From Euryarchaeota archaeon UBA58 (GTDB taxonomy: Archaea > Thermoplasmatota > Poseidoniia > Poseidoniales > Thalassarchaeaceae), in contig DAHR01000008.1 in the NCBI GenBank assembly GCA_002498525.1, forward strand, positions 3,089-67,088: a stretch of 64,000 bases of DNA, given 5' to 3'. Below, in pieces: positions 1 through 9,313 of this stretch. Below the pieces are notes generated by a model. The model did not search any database. It was not told the origin of the DNA and worked only from the letters and a program-made list of their open reading frames with translations. The first letter of the stretch is position 1; each line of letters starts with the position of its first letter. The position numbers and the translations under genes are program-made.

Positions 1-1
1 C

Positions 2-3000
2 GTCGCTTATCGCCACAATCACGACGCCATAGCCGCCCAAGCGACCCTGGTTCTGTTGGCCATCGCTTCTACGGCCGGCTCTGTCGGCGGCGAGATTGGC
101 GTCGCTGTGATGATTCTCGTCGCGACGCTGTTGCTACACAGCATCGCGCTGCACAGAAATTCGGGCAATCTCGCAGCGCTCGGCATCGCGGCCTCGAACC
201 TGTGGATCGGTATGCATGCGCTGACCGGGGGATTCGAGGCTGGCTCCCTGCGTATTCTGCCTCTGGAGACCCCACTTCTGCTGTTCCTCCTGCTGATGCT
301 TGTGACCGGTGTCAACGCTTCGATGGCAGCACGCTTCGCACGCGAAGAGAACTGGTTCTCACTAGGCTTCCAAGCGCTTGGATTGGGCAAACCCGGCCTC
401 TGGGGGGTCTCGATCTCCATGGGCATGGTCGGCGCTCTGTTGGCCGTCGCTTCCAGTCGTGAAGACGTCGGCTATGCTCTGGGAATGGTCACCTTCCTCG
501 GGGCAGCCTTCGGTGGCTCCTATCTCGTCGTCCGCGGCGTTGAACGCGACCGCGTCGCGCTGCCTCTGCTCGCCGGTGGCATGGCTCTCTCTCTGCTCCT
601 CCTACTCGGAGACTCGAGCGAATCAGTCCTGCCTCTCGACCGCTACGAGAGCTTCACGGTATTCGCAGCATTGATCACTGGATTCGTCATGCTGCGAGAC
701 CAGGATCGAGTCTCCGACCGGGTTCTCTGGTTAGGTTCCATTGCGGTTCTGATTCTGCTGGTGATCCTCGTCCCCGCTGAATCGAAGACGGATGGTGGCG
801 ATGGTGGTGTGATGCTGCTCGTTATGCTCGCAGCCCTTCACCTGGGAACCGGAACGCTTGCAATCAAACGCAACGCTCCGGCGCTGGCCGGAGTCACCGT
901 TCTGCTGCCTTGGTCATGGATTCTGGTCGAGGAATTGCTGCAAGAGGCGATTCGAACCGTTCTGGTCGCCAATGATCGAATCGATCCAGGCAGCATCATC
1001 GATCTCTCGCCCGAGCCTCTTGCAGTCTATCTGGGCCTTGCTGCCATCCTGATGCTCGTGGTCAATCTCCGGATGGGAGAGACCGGAGTCAATCTCGCAT
1101 CAGGATTCCTCGGGATCACAGAGATCTCTGCTTCGATCCGTGATTCCGGAATACTGCAACTCTGGAGCATGGGATTGTGGCTGCCTCTCATCACCGTCGT
1201 CGTAATGTCACAACTCGGTGGCTTCACCGCCGTCACACTGTTGGCAATCACTGCACTGCTCTGCGGTCTGCACCTCGCTGTGGAATTCTCAGGAAGACGT
1301 CTGGGCGACCCTGTCGCCATGCTGGCGATGATCGCTGTCGGACTGACGGTCCTGCAGTGGCGGCACGGACTCGACTCGATGTGGATGATCTTCGTGACCA
1401 TCGCCGCGGCGACAATTCTACTTCGTGCCGGAGTCGATGAAGAGGCGAAATTCACTCAAGGCATGGCCTTGATGTCGCTGCCGATTCTGGCCACCATCAC
1501 ATCGAAGAATCCGATGCGGATTCTCGCCGAATCCGATGAACTGCCCTCACTGGAACCCGCCATCATCGCGGTAGTCTGCATGGCGGCGATTCTGCTTTGC
1601 TACCTGCCGCGAGCGGCACAGATGGAGAATCTACTGAAGCCGGCACTCGCGGCTCTCTGGTTGATCTGCATCACCATCGGCCTCGCCATGCAGGAAGCCG
1701 ATAGCACGGCCATCAACGCCTCGATAGCCATCTTCGCCGCGACCTCGATCTGGCTCGTCGCCCGCGGAGAAATCCGCTCCGAACTGAAGTCTCTGGCGCG
1801 CCGAGACGCACGCCTCGTTATGGCGGGCAACGCAGACGAGGCGCTGCTGCTCAACGACAAGGGCGCAATCGCGGGATACGACCCAAGATTGGCTGAATTG
1901 GAAGCCAAGCGCGCGAAGCGCCGTGACCTCAAAGCCACCGATGACCTCGATGAGTTGTACATCACCGATGTCTCGCACCGGCCGACGATCGTTCTGGTCA
2001 TCCTCACTCTCATCCTCGGTGTCGACATCGTCTGGGGCTTCGTCAACGGGCCCTCGCCGATGATTCTGCTCGTGACCGGCATCTTCGCCACAATCCTCGT
2101 CGCAATCGCAAGACTACGGACTCGTGGACTCGAACTCGAACTACCGAACTTCCTCGGGCTGGAGATGCCGATAGCACTCGCCATCTGCGGCATCGTCGCC
2201 GCTCATGTCGCCGGCCATCTGGGGCCGGCGGGAAGCAAGATGGAATTGCTCGACATGGCTGTCGTGACGATTCTGGTGCTCGAACTCGTCGTCATCTCAT
2301 TGTGGAACCAGGACAACCTGCTCGACCGGATCCCGATTGCCATCGACTGGTTCGTCCTGCCGCTTCTCATCGGCAGGACACTCGGCGTGCTGATGGTTGA
2401 ATCTCTGCCAGCACCATTCACGGTCAACCCATTCGATGGACATCTCATCGACTGGAAGATGCCATGGTTGCTACTTGAAGGACTCCTCATCCTCGCCATA
2501 CTGACCGATTCATGGATTGACGCGCGCCGCACCAGCGTCGGGCGGGACTCGCACAATGGCAGCACTGGCCGCGGCGCCCGAACCTATGCGTACGTTCTCC
2601 TTTCATGGGGGCCTGCAGGGATCCTCGCGGTCGCCAACGCGGTCTATCAGGGAAGGAAGCACGAACAGGTCGAGGCGGTTGGTTTGGCGCTTCTTGCGGT
2701 TCCTTTGGCGCTGATTTCGATATCGAATCTGCATGCTCCGACGTGGGAATTGATTCCTGAATCGACTTACTTCTTGGGTCTGCTGATACTCGCTCTGGTC
2801 GCGGCATCCATCCTCACGAAAAACGGCCACTGGACCATGATGGCGGCAATTGATTCGCACATTCTGATCATCGTCGGCACCCTCGCTCTCGGTCAATATA
2901 TACTGATTCCAATCACCCTGATCTTGGCCTCGACAACCCTGTGGGTCGTCGGGATACTACACCTTCGTAAGGTTCTCAGAATCTGGGGGCTGGTGGACCT

Positions 3001-3151
3001 CATCGCCGCTGTAATCATCATCTTGCTGCTGTTCGGTCCAGCCAGCCTCGGCGCCGGCGGATTGTTCCTGCTTCTGGCTGTCATCGGCGCCGAATTGGCT
3101 CTGGTCACTTGGTTGGGGCAGAGGAACGAGGAAGCGCTTCTGCAGGATTGA
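2..3151 (+). CDS. Very large polytopic integral membrane protein, function unknown (possibly 5'-partial)
   Basis: ORF track 56..3151 (1031 aa). Almost entirely hydrophobic helices (dozens of candidate TM segments) with one long charged loop (RRDARLVMAGNADEALLLNDKG...AELEAKRAKRRDLKATDDLDE). There is no in-frame stop between nt 2 and the TTG at 56, so the gene may begin upstream of the window. Confidence 0.6.
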   Translation, partial: VAYRHNHDAIAAQATLVLLAIASTAGSVGGEIGVAVMILVATLLLHSIALHRNSGNLAALGIAASNLWIGMHALTGGFEAGSLRILPLETPLLLFLLLMLVTGVNASMAARFAREENWFSLGFQALGLGKPGLWGVSISMGMVGALLAVASSREDVGYALGMVTFLGAAFGGSYLVVRGVERDRVALPLLAGGMALSLLLLLGDSSESVLPLDRYESFTVFAALITGFVMLRDQDRVSDRVLWLGSIAVLILLVILVPAESKTDGGDGGVMLLVMLAALHLGTGTLAIKRNAPALAGVTVLLPWSWILVEELLQEAIRTVLVANDRIDPGSIIDLSPEPLAVYLGLAAILMLVVNLRMGETGVNLASGFLGITEISASIRDSGILQLWSMGLWLPLITVVVMSQLGGFTAVTLLAITALLCGLHLAVEFSGRRLGDPVAMLAMIAVGLTVLQWRHGLDSMWMIFVTIAAATILLRAGVDEEAKFTQGMALMSLPILATITSKNPMRILAESDELPSLEPAIIAVVCMAAILLCYLPRAAQMENLLKPALAALWLICITIGLAMQEADSTAINASIAIFAATSIWLVARGEIRSELKSLARRDARLVMAGNADEALLLNDKGAIAGYDPRLAELEAKRAKRRDLKATDDLDELYITDVSHRPTIVLVILTLILGVDIVWGFVNGPSPMILLVTGIFATILVAIARLRTRGLELELPNFLGLEMPIALAICGIVAAHVAGHLGPAGSKMELLDMAVVTILVLELVVISLWNQDNLLDRIPIAIDWFVLPLLIGRTLGVLMVESLPAPFTVNPFDGHLIDWKMPWLLLEGLLILAILTDSWIDARRTSVGRDSHNGSTGRGARTYAYVLLSWGPAGILAVANAVYQGRKHEQVEAVGLALLAVPLALISISNLHAPTWELIPESTYFLGLLILALVAASILTKNGHWTMMAAIDSHILIIVGTLALGQYILIPITLILASTTLWVVGILHLRKVLRIWGLVDLIAAVIIILLLFGPASLGAGGLFLLLAVIGAELALVTWLGQRNEEALLQD

Positions 3152-3245
3152 TGGGCGGCAGGTGAAATCCTGCTGCGGGATTGAGGCGTGGTCGCGTGGA
3201 ACTCCCTGAAGAGACGGTCAGAGCGGATGTCATACCATCCTAACC

Positions 3246-4232
3246 TTGATGACGGACGGGTGGGGCAACAGCATCGTGTCAGGCAGTTGGATCTCGGATA
3301 CGCCCGATGAGGTGGAGCATCCGAACGTCCCTCTGGGAATCAACGAAATGGCGATTCCGAGGGCCGCGATTCTACTCTCTCTGGCCACTGCGGCCCTGCT
3401 GATATGCTCGACTATCGTCGTCGGGTACAGCGTCTATCAGTTCGCCAAAGCGAATCAGGATGCTTTCTCGGTGACCGACACGGATCTGTTGAAAGATGAG
3501 AATAATCGCTGGTTCTGGGAGCTCGATCTGCTCTTCGATACCTGCGATTCACGGCTCGGCGACTGGGATTGGCCGGAAGTCCTCGCCGAACAGGACGATG
3601 TCTTCCTCTATCCTGGTGAATTGCGCTGTGATTGGGAACATCAAGGCGAAGGCGATAGGGCCAGCGTCGTGGTTTACAACCGCGGTGATCAACCACTGGA
3701 CCTCGTGCTTGAGATTGCCGGCGGCAATGTGGTATTCGCCACTGAAGGCGATGCTGACATCATCCTCGAGCAGATCGAAGCGAATGGAACGGCCATCGTC
3801 GAGATAGAGTTGCAGGATGGCGTGACCGAGCACGACATCACCATCGAGGCTTCTCACGTGCGCGTACCCGATGCAGAGGTGCTTCTCGATGTCCACATCT
3901 TCGAGGGCTCTGAACCGAGGGCGCTCCATGCCTCTGACGGTGACCAATTGGAGGTCCAATACAAAGTCTGGAACGCTGATACTGGAGAATTGCTGGATGA
4001 GGGTAATCTGGTCGTTACAGCAGGTGATGATTCGCGATACATCAAGGGATTCGGTTGGTCGGCCATCGGACTCGACATCGATGAGGACCGAGGGCTGATT
4101 CCTGGAATCGCCACCGGTACATCGCACATCACACTCCTACCTCCTCCCATCGCTTATGGGAACAGCGATGGTCACGAACTCGAGGAAACGTGGTTGCGCT
4201 TCGAGTTGAAGGTCGATAGAGCGACGATTTGA
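3246..4232 (+). CDS. Membrane-anchored protein with C-terminal FKBP-like peptidyl-prolyl isomerase domain
   Basis: N-terminal TM helix (AAILLSLATAALLICSTIVVGYSVY). The C-terminus follows the FKBP pattern (GDQLEVQYKVWNADTGELLDEG...YIKGFGW...PPIAYGNSDGHE...WLRFELKV), comparable to FKBP12 VVHYTG..DG..FDSS / IRGWEEG / YAYG / LVFDVELL. Confidence 0.5.
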   Translation: MMTDGWGNSIVSGSWISDTPDEVEHPNVPLGINEMAIPRAAILLSLATAALLICSTIVVGYSVYQFAKANQDAFSVTDTDLLKDENNRWFWELDLLFDTCDSRLGDWDWPEVLAEQDDVFLYPGELRCDWEHQGEGDRASVVVYNRGDQPLDLVLEIAGGNVVFATEGDADIILEQIEANGTAIVEIELQDGVTEHDITIEASHVRVPDAEVLLDVHIFEGSEPRALHASDGDQLEVQYKVWNADTGELLDEGNLVVTAGDDSRYIKGFGWSAIGLDIDEDRGLIPGIATGTSHITLLPPPIAYGNSDGHELEETWLRFELKVDRATI

Positions 4233-4281
4233 AACGCAAAAGGCGCGAAAAGGACTTGACCTGAACGATGGAGCGAGCGCT

Positions 4282-5586
4282 GTGAACGAGGAGCCAACCC
4301 ACATCGCGATTCAGCCATCGGCTGAGGTAGTCAAGCGCGCGACGAAGATCGCAGGGGCGACTTCTACGCGCAAGGGCGAACCGGCTTTTCACATGACTGA
4401 GACGCTGGGGCGCCTCTCAACGCCATGGTCGATTGCTAAGGCACGCGCTGAGCAGATCGATGCTACAGTTCTGCCTGCGGGTGTGATTCTCGACGCCGCG
4501 GCTGGTTCAGGTGTGCAACTAATCGCCCTGACCACTGGATTGAGGCGTCCGGGGCTCGCCATCGAGATTGACCCCGATATCGCCCTGCTCTGTGCTGCAA
4601 ACATGCATTCATCGAGCGAAGAAGACGATTTTCAGCGCTCGATGGACCGCGTTCTCGTCGGCGACGGCTGCGATGCCGAGAACGCGATAGTCGCCTTCTG
4701 GAACAGTCTGCGAGAGGCGGGAACGAGAGCCCATCCGCCTATTGGAATGCTGCATCTCGATCCGGCTCGACCGAGAGACGCTCAGAAGCACGAGATATCT
4801 GAGATGCAACCCTCACTCGCCCCGCTTCTCGCCGCTTGGTCGAGCCACCTTGAAACCGGCCCGCGGGGACCAGCCATCCTGCTCGACCTCTCGCCCCGGC
4901 TCAGCGACGATCAGCAGGGGCTCGTCGACGCCGTCGTGGAGACGACTTTTCCCGGCATTCCTCGCACTTGGGAATGGTTGAGCCAGGGTGGTGGCAGAAT
5001 CGATCGATTGTCGCTTTGGATCGGCTCGATCTCGTCCAAGAAAACGCGACGCTGCGTCCGAATGGGCACGAAGAGGGTCATGGCCAGCGTCGAAGGTGAG
5101 CCGCGCTCATCAGATGTGGCGAAATTGGAGCGGCCTCCGCCTTTCGGTGCATATCTGAGCATCATCGATCCTGCACTCGTTCACAGCGGCCTGCACGAGG
5201 CTTGGTTAGAGCAGGCCGTGCCAGAGGAAAGCGGTCGATCCTGGCTGCGACTCGAAGGCCGTCGACCTCTGTTGATCACCACGGATCCACTCAACACAGA
5301 CGCCGACATCGATGCCTTCGTCATCGCCACCGGCGAGATCGTGCAACATCGTCTCTCGCCGCCCGAACTGCGCACCATCGAGCAAACCGCCGCCGCCGCT
5401 GCCCGCAACGGAATCGGCAAGATCACACTGCGCTGCACTCTCGACCCAGCTATCCACCCGACCCTTCAACGCCGGCTCGACAAGGCCTTGCGCGAGGTCG
5501 ATGGGGCTCGTGGTTTCATGGTCGACCTCGAACTCGACCGCGGTAGCAACGGTCACACACTCTACGCGGTCTGCAAGGAAAACTGA
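4282..5586 (+). CDS. Class I SAM-dependent methyltransferase with long C-terminal extension (THUMP-like-type architecture)
   Basis: GTG start. SAM-binding motif I is VILDAAAGSGVQLIAL, followed by the acidic post-I residue in LAIEIDPDIA. 434 aa. Confidence 0.5.
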   Translation: MNEEPTHIAIQPSAEVVKRATKIAGATSTRKGEPAFHMTETLGRLSTPWSIAKARAEQIDATVLPAGVILDAAAGSGVQLIALTTGLRRPGLAIEIDPDIALLCAANMHSSSEEDDFQRSMDRVLVGDGCDAENAIVAFWNSLREAGTRAHPPIGMLHLDPARPRDAQKHEISEMQPSLAPLLAAWSSHLETGPRGPAILLDLSPRLSDDQQGLVDAVVETTFPGIPRTWEWLSQGGGRIDRLSLWIGSISSKKTRRCVRMGTKRVMASVEGEPRSSDVAKLERPPPFGAYLSIIDPALVHSGLHEAWLEQAVPEESGRSWLRLEGRRPLLITTDPLNTDADIDAFVIATGEIVQHRLSPPELRTIEQTAAAAARNGIGKITLRCTLDPAIHPTLQRRLDKALREVDGARGFMVDLELDRGSNGHTLYAVCKEN

Positions 5587-5743
5587 GCCATTGCAGTCTC
5601 TGTTCTCGGCCAACCCTCTCGCCTCAGGAACCTCGATTCCACCGCCCCGTAGGGGCGTCCGTCTGATTGAAATAGGGAGGGCAGGTCGCCGTGCTGCCCT
5701 GACCGGGCCATTGGGCAACCGATGAACGCGGGGGAACCGTACT

Positions 5744-6211
5744 ATGGCTAAAACAAACGAAGCAGAATTGGGAGATGATTTCTCCTACATCCTGAGACTT
5801 GCTGATTCTGACATCGACGGTCTGCGACCAATCGCACAAGGTCTGACATCCATTGGCGGTGTCGGCCAGCGAACCGCGATACAACTCTGCAGCATGGCAG
5901 ACATCGATGGTACCAAACTCGGTGGTCATCTGACCGACGAGGAGCAGGACAGGATTCGAAGCACCATCGACGAATACGCTCTCAATGTGCCTTGGTGGCT
6001 GGTCAACCGACAGCGCGATCTGCAATCGAATGAGGACGCGCACATCATCGGAATGGAAGTCAAGCTGACTCTCAAGGACGATATCTCACGCCTCGCTTCA
6101 ATCAAGACTTACCGAGGCATACGCCATCGAAGCGGGCACAAGGTCCGTGGACAGAGACTGCGCAGCAACGGCCGCAGTGGAGCCACACTCGGTGTGCAGA
6201 AGAAGAAGTGA
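5744..6211 (+). CDS. rps13: 30S ribosomal protein S13 (uS13)
   Basis: ILRLADSDIDGLRPIAQGLTSIGGVGQRTA...IKTYRGIRHRSGHKVRGQRLRSNGRSG. First gene of the canonical archaeal S13-S4-S11-RpoD cluster. Confidence 0.95.
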   Translation: MAKTNEAELGDDFSYILRLADSDIDGLRPIAQGLTSIGGVGQRTAIQLCSMADIDGTKLGGHLTDEEQDRIRSTIDEYALNVPWWLVNRQRDLQSNEDAHIIGMEVKLTLKDDISRLASIKTYRGIRHRSGHKVRGQRLRSNGRSGATLGVQKKK

Positions 6212-6222
6212 GGTGGTCAGGC

Positions 6223-6915
6223 ATGGGACATCCTAAATTCGCACGTGCAAAGACACAGACACCAGCGCACCCTTGGAAGGCTGCTCGCATCGAAGAGGAA
6301 CACGCTCTCAAAGAGCAATTCGGCCTCAAGAAGGTCGGTGGCATGCGCGAGATCTGGCGCGAGAAATCCGCTCTGCGCCGCCACCGCAATCAAGCGATGA
6401 AACTGATTGGTCGAGTCGATTCTTCCGAGGGTCATTTCGCTCGAGAGAAACAGGATCTGGTCGAGGCTCTGAACCGCCGAGGCTTGATCGCTGGTGGCTC
6501 AAGCATCGATGATGTTCTGCAGATCACCGTCGAACACATGCTTGCTCGCCGCCTACAATCCGTGGTCTACTACCGCGGCCTCGCACCGAGCATGCGTGCG
6601 TCTCGCAACATGATCGTGCACGGTCACATCTCGATTGGAGAACAGCGTATGACCGTGCCCGGCTACAAGATTCTTCGCTCCGAGGAGGAATTCCTCCAGT
6701 ACAGCGCCACCTCGCCCTATCTGAGTGATACCCACCCCTTCCGCGTAGAGATGGAGCAACTCCGACTTATCCGTCAGTCCGAAGAAGAGGAAATCGATGA
6801 GGTCGGTGGCGTCCGTGCGACGACCGACAACGACGAGTTCGTCCAGAAGATCAAGGCCGATGCCAAAGAGGCTCCAACCGTCAAAGACACGATTCCAGAA
6901 GGCGGTGAAGCCTGA
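6223..6915 (+). CDS. rps4: 30S ribosomal protein S4 (uS4) with acidic C-terminal extension
   Basis: MGHPKFARAKTQTPAHPWKAARIEEEHALKEQFGLKK...; S4 RNA-binding domain (RRLQSVVYYRGLAPSMRASRNMIVHGHISIGEQRMTVPGY). The ATG at 6223 follows the rps13 stop. About 55 extra acidic residues at the C-terminus. Confidence 0.9.
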   Translation: MGHPKFARAKTQTPAHPWKAARIEEEHALKEQFGLKKVGGMREIWREKSALRRHRNQAMKLIGRVDSSEGHFAREKQDLVEALNRRGLIAGGSSIDDVLQITVEHMLARRLQSVVYYRGLAPSMRASRNMIVHGHISIGEQRMTVPGYKILRSEEEFLQYSATSPYLSDTHPFRVEMEQLRLIRQSEEEEIDEVGGVRATTDNDEFVQKIKADAKEAPTVKDTIPEGGEA

Positions 6916-7295
6916 TGGGACACAAAGCGATTCTACACATCTTCACCACCTACAACAACGTGCTGATCACCGCCACAGACCTGACCGGTGCTGAAACCCT
7001 CGCCAAGGTCTCTGGCGGAATGGTGACCAAGAAGGGCAGCGATGCTGGTGGTCAATTCGCTGCTACACGCGCTGCAGAGCGCATCGCTGAGATGCTCGCT
7101 GAGAAGGGATTCGACCAAGTCATCGTCAAGTATCGAGGCGCTGGCGGAAACCGCTCTCACAGCGCTCCTGGCGCGACTGCCGCAATCCGTGCTCTCACTC
7201 GTGCTGGCGTCTCGATCACTCGCATCGAGGATGTCACTCCGATTCCCACTGACGGGACCAAGAAGAAGGGCGGCCGCCGAGGTCGCAGAGTCTGA
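6915..7295 (+). CDS. rps11: 30S ribosomal protein S11 (uS11)
   Basis: ILHIFTTYNNVLITATDLTGAETLAKVSGG...GPGATAAIRALTRAGVSITRIEDVTPIPTDGTKKKGGRRGRRV. Its ATG overlaps the rps4 TGA (TGATG), which suggests translational coupling. Confidence 0.95.
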   Translation: MGHKAILHIFTTYNNVLITATDLTGAETLAKVSGGMVTKKGSDAGGQFAATRAAERIAEMLAEKGFDQVIVKYRGAGGNRSHSAPGATAAIRALTRAGVSITRIEDVTPIPTDGTKKKGGRRGRRV

Positions 7296-7304
7296 GGTGA
7301 TTGA

Positions 7305-8294
7305 ATGGTGAAGATGGAAATCATTAATGAAAGTGAAGAGAAGATAAGCATACTGCTCAAGGAAACCGACCGCGCATTCGTCAACGCTCTGCGCCGCTCA
7401 TTGATGTCGGATACGCCGAAGATGGCGATAGAGACGGTTCGATTCCAGATGGGAACATTCGATGTCTGTCTGTCCTGTGGCCACCGGAATGGCGCTGCCA
7501 TCGCCCGCGAAGCATCTGGCGGCAGCGGTTGCGGCAACTGCGGCAAGAAACTCGACAAGGAAGGAGTCGATTACACGGTCTGGGAGACCAACGGTCCGCT
7601 GCCCGATGAGATGATCGCGCAGCGCCTCGCGATGGTCCCGATTCCAACCAACCACGAAGAATACCACTTCGAAGCGAGTTGTCCAACCTGCAAGGATTTG
7701 GTTCCAGAGGACCGTGGTTGCATGACTTGCAATATGATCTACACCTGCACTGCTTACGGCAGCAAGGAAGGTAGTACTGTAACTGCTGGTGACATGGTCT
7801 TCCTCGGCGCTCAGAGTTTGGAGATTACAGAGCACTACCGAACGATTCCAATCACCAAATTGTACAAGGGTCAGATGCTCGAATTCATTGCCATCGCAGT
7901 GATGGGTGTCGGTAGCGAGCACGCCAAGTGGTCGCCGGTCTGCGGTGTGACTTTCGTACCTCGCTCGGTTGCGATTATCAACAACAAGGTCCGCGCCAGG
8001 GTGCTCTTTCGCTTGAAACTCGGCATCACCGCGAGGGATTTCGACAAGAAAGGTCGCCTTGAGGATATTGACAAAGTGAAGACATTGATCACTGAACTCC
8101 ACCACGTTGGTGACGGTACAGAAGAGAAGGTCGAATTCAAGGATGCGATCACCATCGAGGAGATTCCTGGAGAATTCATCTTCAGTTTCGAAACAGATGG
8201 CTCGATGGCGCCACAAACCGCTCTGAAGAAGGCTGCTGCATCCCTCTCGATGAGCTTCGGTTCACTCGAGGAAGACCTCGCTGCCGTCCTTTGA
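7305..8294 (+). CDS. rpoD: DNA-directed RNA polymerase subunit D (Rpo3) with extra zinc-ribbon insertion
   Basis: N-terminal FVNALRRSLMSDTPKMAIETVRF and PDEMIAQRLAMVPIP dimerisation-domain motifs, in the position after S11. 329 aa. Contains CLSCGH...CGNCGKK and CPTCKD...CMTC clusters. Confidence 0.85.
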   Translation: MVKMEIINESEEKISILLKETDRAFVNALRRSLMSDTPKMAIETVRFQMGTFDVCLSCGHRNGAAIAREASGGSGCGNCGKKLDKEGVDYTVWETNGPLPDEMIAQRLAMVPIPTNHEEYHFEASCPTCKDLVPEDRGCMTCNMIYTCTAYGSKEGSTVTAGDMVFLGAQSLEITEHYRTIPITKLYKGQMLEFIAIAVMGVGSEHAKWSPVCGVTFVPRSVAIINNKVRARVLFRLKLGITARDFDKKGRLEDIDKVKTLITELHHVGDGTEEKVEFKDAITIEEIPGEFIFSFETDGSMAPQTALKKAAASLSMSFGSLEEDLAAVL

Positions 8295-8335
8295 GACGAC
8301 GCAGACTTCTTGCACCTCCGTGGGAACGAAGCCTC

Positions 8336-9313
8336 ATGACCGCCATCCTCGGTCGTGGCACCTGCGGCGCTCACCTGACCCTGCTGTTCACCGTCGAGGA
8401 TGCCTCGGCCGACCCTGTTGAGCAAGGCAGCCTCGGGACTGGAATCTGTGTTGAGGATGGCATCGAAGCCATCGCTCGCGGTCAGGCGGGCGAGCCTCGT
8501 CTCTCGATTCGCTTCATCGATGACGTCGGAGACACCCGTCTCTACCAACAGGTGCTCGACCTCCTTTGCGAGGAGGTAGAAGCTGCGAAGTCGATGCAAT
8601 GGGAACTGGCTGTCAGAATGCATCTGCCGATATCTCAGGGATTCGGCATGTCCGCCGCAGGCGCCGTCGCGGCAGCCTGCGCCTTCCAACGAGCACTTGG
8701 ACTACCGCATGAAGAGAGCCTGCGTCGCGCCTTTTCAATAGCTCACAGGGTCGAGCGCGCGAACTCGACTGGACTGGGAGATGTCGCCGCGCTCGCCGCT
8801 GGTGGCATCGAGCGACGAATCGCCCCAGGCGCACCATATTCGGGCACCCAATTGGCGAGAGGACCCGGTATCGCACAGGGTTGGAGTGAAGCAACTCCAG
8901 TGGTTCTGGCATGGCGTGAGAATCCTGGGCGTCACACTTCAGAATACATCGACCATCCCGATTGGAAGCGGCTGATTTCGGAGGCTGGCAGCGCCCAGAT
9001 GAGCAGTTTGTCCGCAGGCGGATGGGACTCATCGCGCTGGCAGGATCTGATTGATTCGGCTCAGACATTCTCGCGAGATTCGCGTCTCATCGACGACGCA
9101 TCTCGCGGCATTCTGGTCGAAGCCGGCACAAACGCGGCTGAAAGAGCCGGCTTAGCAGGTAGAGTCTCAGTCCTGCTGTGCATGCTTGGCGAGAGCATCG
9201 TAATCGTTCCCAATTCTCTTGACTCCGCCCCGCAGTCCTTCGATTCTCTGATCTCTGAACTCGAGAAGGAAGGCTTGTTGGCAAAAGCCACCAAAGTCGG
9301 CCCGCTCTCATGA
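8336..9313 (+). CDS. GHMP-family kinase, pantoate kinase-like (archaeal CoA pathway, COG1829-type)
   Basis: GHMP motif II is HLPISQGFGMSAAGAVAAACA. Downstream is AHRVERANSTGLGDVAALAAGGIERRIAPGAP, which I recall as typical of archaeal pantoate kinases. Start placed at the internal ATG 8336 (track start is TTG 8291). Confidence 0.55.
   Translation: MTAILGRGTCGAHLTLLFTVEDASADPVEQGSLGTGICVEDGIEAIARGQAGEPRLSIRFIDDVGDTRLYQQVLDLLCEEVEAAKSMQWELAVRMHLPISQGFGMSAAGAVAAACAFQRALGLPHEESLRRAFSIAHRVERANSTGLGDVAALAAGGIERRIAPGAPYSGTQLARGPGIAQGWSEATPVVLAWRENPGRHTSEYIDHPDWKRLISEAGSAQMSSLSAGGWDSSRWQDLIDSAQTFSRDSRLIDDASRGILVEAGTNAAERAGLAGRVSVLLCMLGESIVIVPNSLDSAPQSFDSLISELEKEGLLAKATKVGPLS

Noticed and set aside
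5590-5625. Possible fifth copy of the CACAGAG/CTCTGTG palindrome element (CAGTCTCTGTTCTCGGCCAACCCTCTCGCC) upstream of rps13.
   Set aside because: Only a short one-arm resemblance. No partner arm lies at the expected ~70-nt distance.
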